Below are positions 15,375 through 15,863 of a DNA stretch of 15,863 nucleotides, in pieces (position 1 is the stretch's first letter; the number at the start of each line of letters is the position of its first letter). Source of the stretch: Sandaracinaceae bacterium (GTDB lineage: Bacteria; Myxococcota_A; Polyangia; Polyangiales; Sandaracinaceae); contig JBGAQA010000131.1 of NCBI GenBank assembly GCA_044220955.1, forward strand, positions 1-15,863, written 5' to 3'. The notes under the pieces were generated by a model. The model did not search any database. It saw only the letters and a list, made by a program, of their open reading frames with translations, and was not told the origin of the DNA. The position numbers were made by a program, and so were the translations under genes.

Positions 15375-15863
15375 TCGCCGCGCGCACCTCGGGGCTCTGC
15401 TCGAGCAGAACGAAGTGCGTGCCGTCGAGCTCGACGTAGCGCACGCGCGCGCGGTGCCGGTCGCGGTAGGCGCGCGCGACGGACGCGGGCGTCATGCCGT
15501 CGTGGTCGCCCTGGAGCACCAGCGTGGGGACGCCGGGGTCGCCGGCCGTGGCGGAGGCGCCCGAGATCAGCACCAACCCGTCGATCTCGGGACCGAGATC
15601 GGGCGCGCGCCGGCGCGCGCCGCGGCCGCCCTGCGAGAGCCCGGCGAGGATGGTGACGTCGCCCCGGCGCGCGTACGCGAGGGCGGCGCGCGCGATGCGC
15701 TCGCCGTGCGGGTCGGACCAGCGTGCGGAGAACGACGTCGAGGGGCAGACGGTGCGCATGCCCGCGGCGCGCGCGGCGACGGCGACCTGCCAGCACTGGA
15801 GGACGAAGTTGCCCGCGTAGCCGTGCAGGAACACGACGCTGCCGCGCGGCGTGTCGTCGGGCT
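15310..15863 (-). CDS. Alpha/beta hydrolase fold protein, 3' part (start lies beyond the window)
   Basis: The frame stays open to the window edge: PDDTPRGSVVFLHGYAGN, nucleophile GLSQGG, LQGDHDGMTP, GTHFVL (Ser-Asp-His triad). Convergent 65-nt overlap with the membrane-protein gene. Confidence 0.85.
   Translation of the reverse strand, partial: PDDTPRGSVVFLHGYAGNFVLQCWQVAVAARAAGMRTVCPSTSFSARWSDPHGERIARAALAYARRGDVTILAGLSQGGRGARRRAPDLGPEIDGLVLISGASATAGDPGVPTLVLQGDHDGMTPASVARAYRDRHRARVRYVELDGTHFVLLEQSPEVRAAITRFLLERQSAVERRGGRESR

Noticed and set aside
535..15439. Many long alternative-frame ORFs (e.g. 535..1863, 2962..5253, 6825..8894, 10942..13098, 13031..15439)
   Set aside because: They are Arg/Ala/Pro-rich shadow frames overlapping well-supported genes, expected at this GC content, with no recognisable motifs.

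Overview
Very GC-rich bacterial DNA whose gene content (sigma54 two-component system, Cys-rich lipoprotein, ESE hexamer tracts) suggests a myxobacterium; this taxonomic call is inference. In order: 5' part of a homocysteine S-methyltransferase-domain gene (-); TetR regulator (-) divergent from a fatty-acid hydroxylase/sterol desaturase-family gene (+), with two GACC-N4-GGTCA operator candidates between them; LpqC-like esterase lipoprotein with Ala at the usual nucleophile position; an orphan lipoprotein N-terminus running into (GAG AGC/GTC)n hexamer tracts that bracket a minus-strand DUF6308-like gene; DJ-1/PfpI protein; XPB/Rad25-like helicase plus DUF790 (Bax1-like) nuclease; HCCA isomerase/DsbA-family protein; Zn-ribbon/transglutaminase-like/TPR membrane protein; a frameshifted Cys-rich lipoprotein with PSI- and EGF-like repeats (-); a sigma54 response regulator and sensor kinase (-) divergent from a membrane-protein gene, with paired sigma54 promoter and enhancer candidates; and the 3' part of an alpha/beta hydrolase (-). 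No rRNA, tRNA, CRISPR array or transposase was seen. All family calls are from motif recognition by eye, without database searches.
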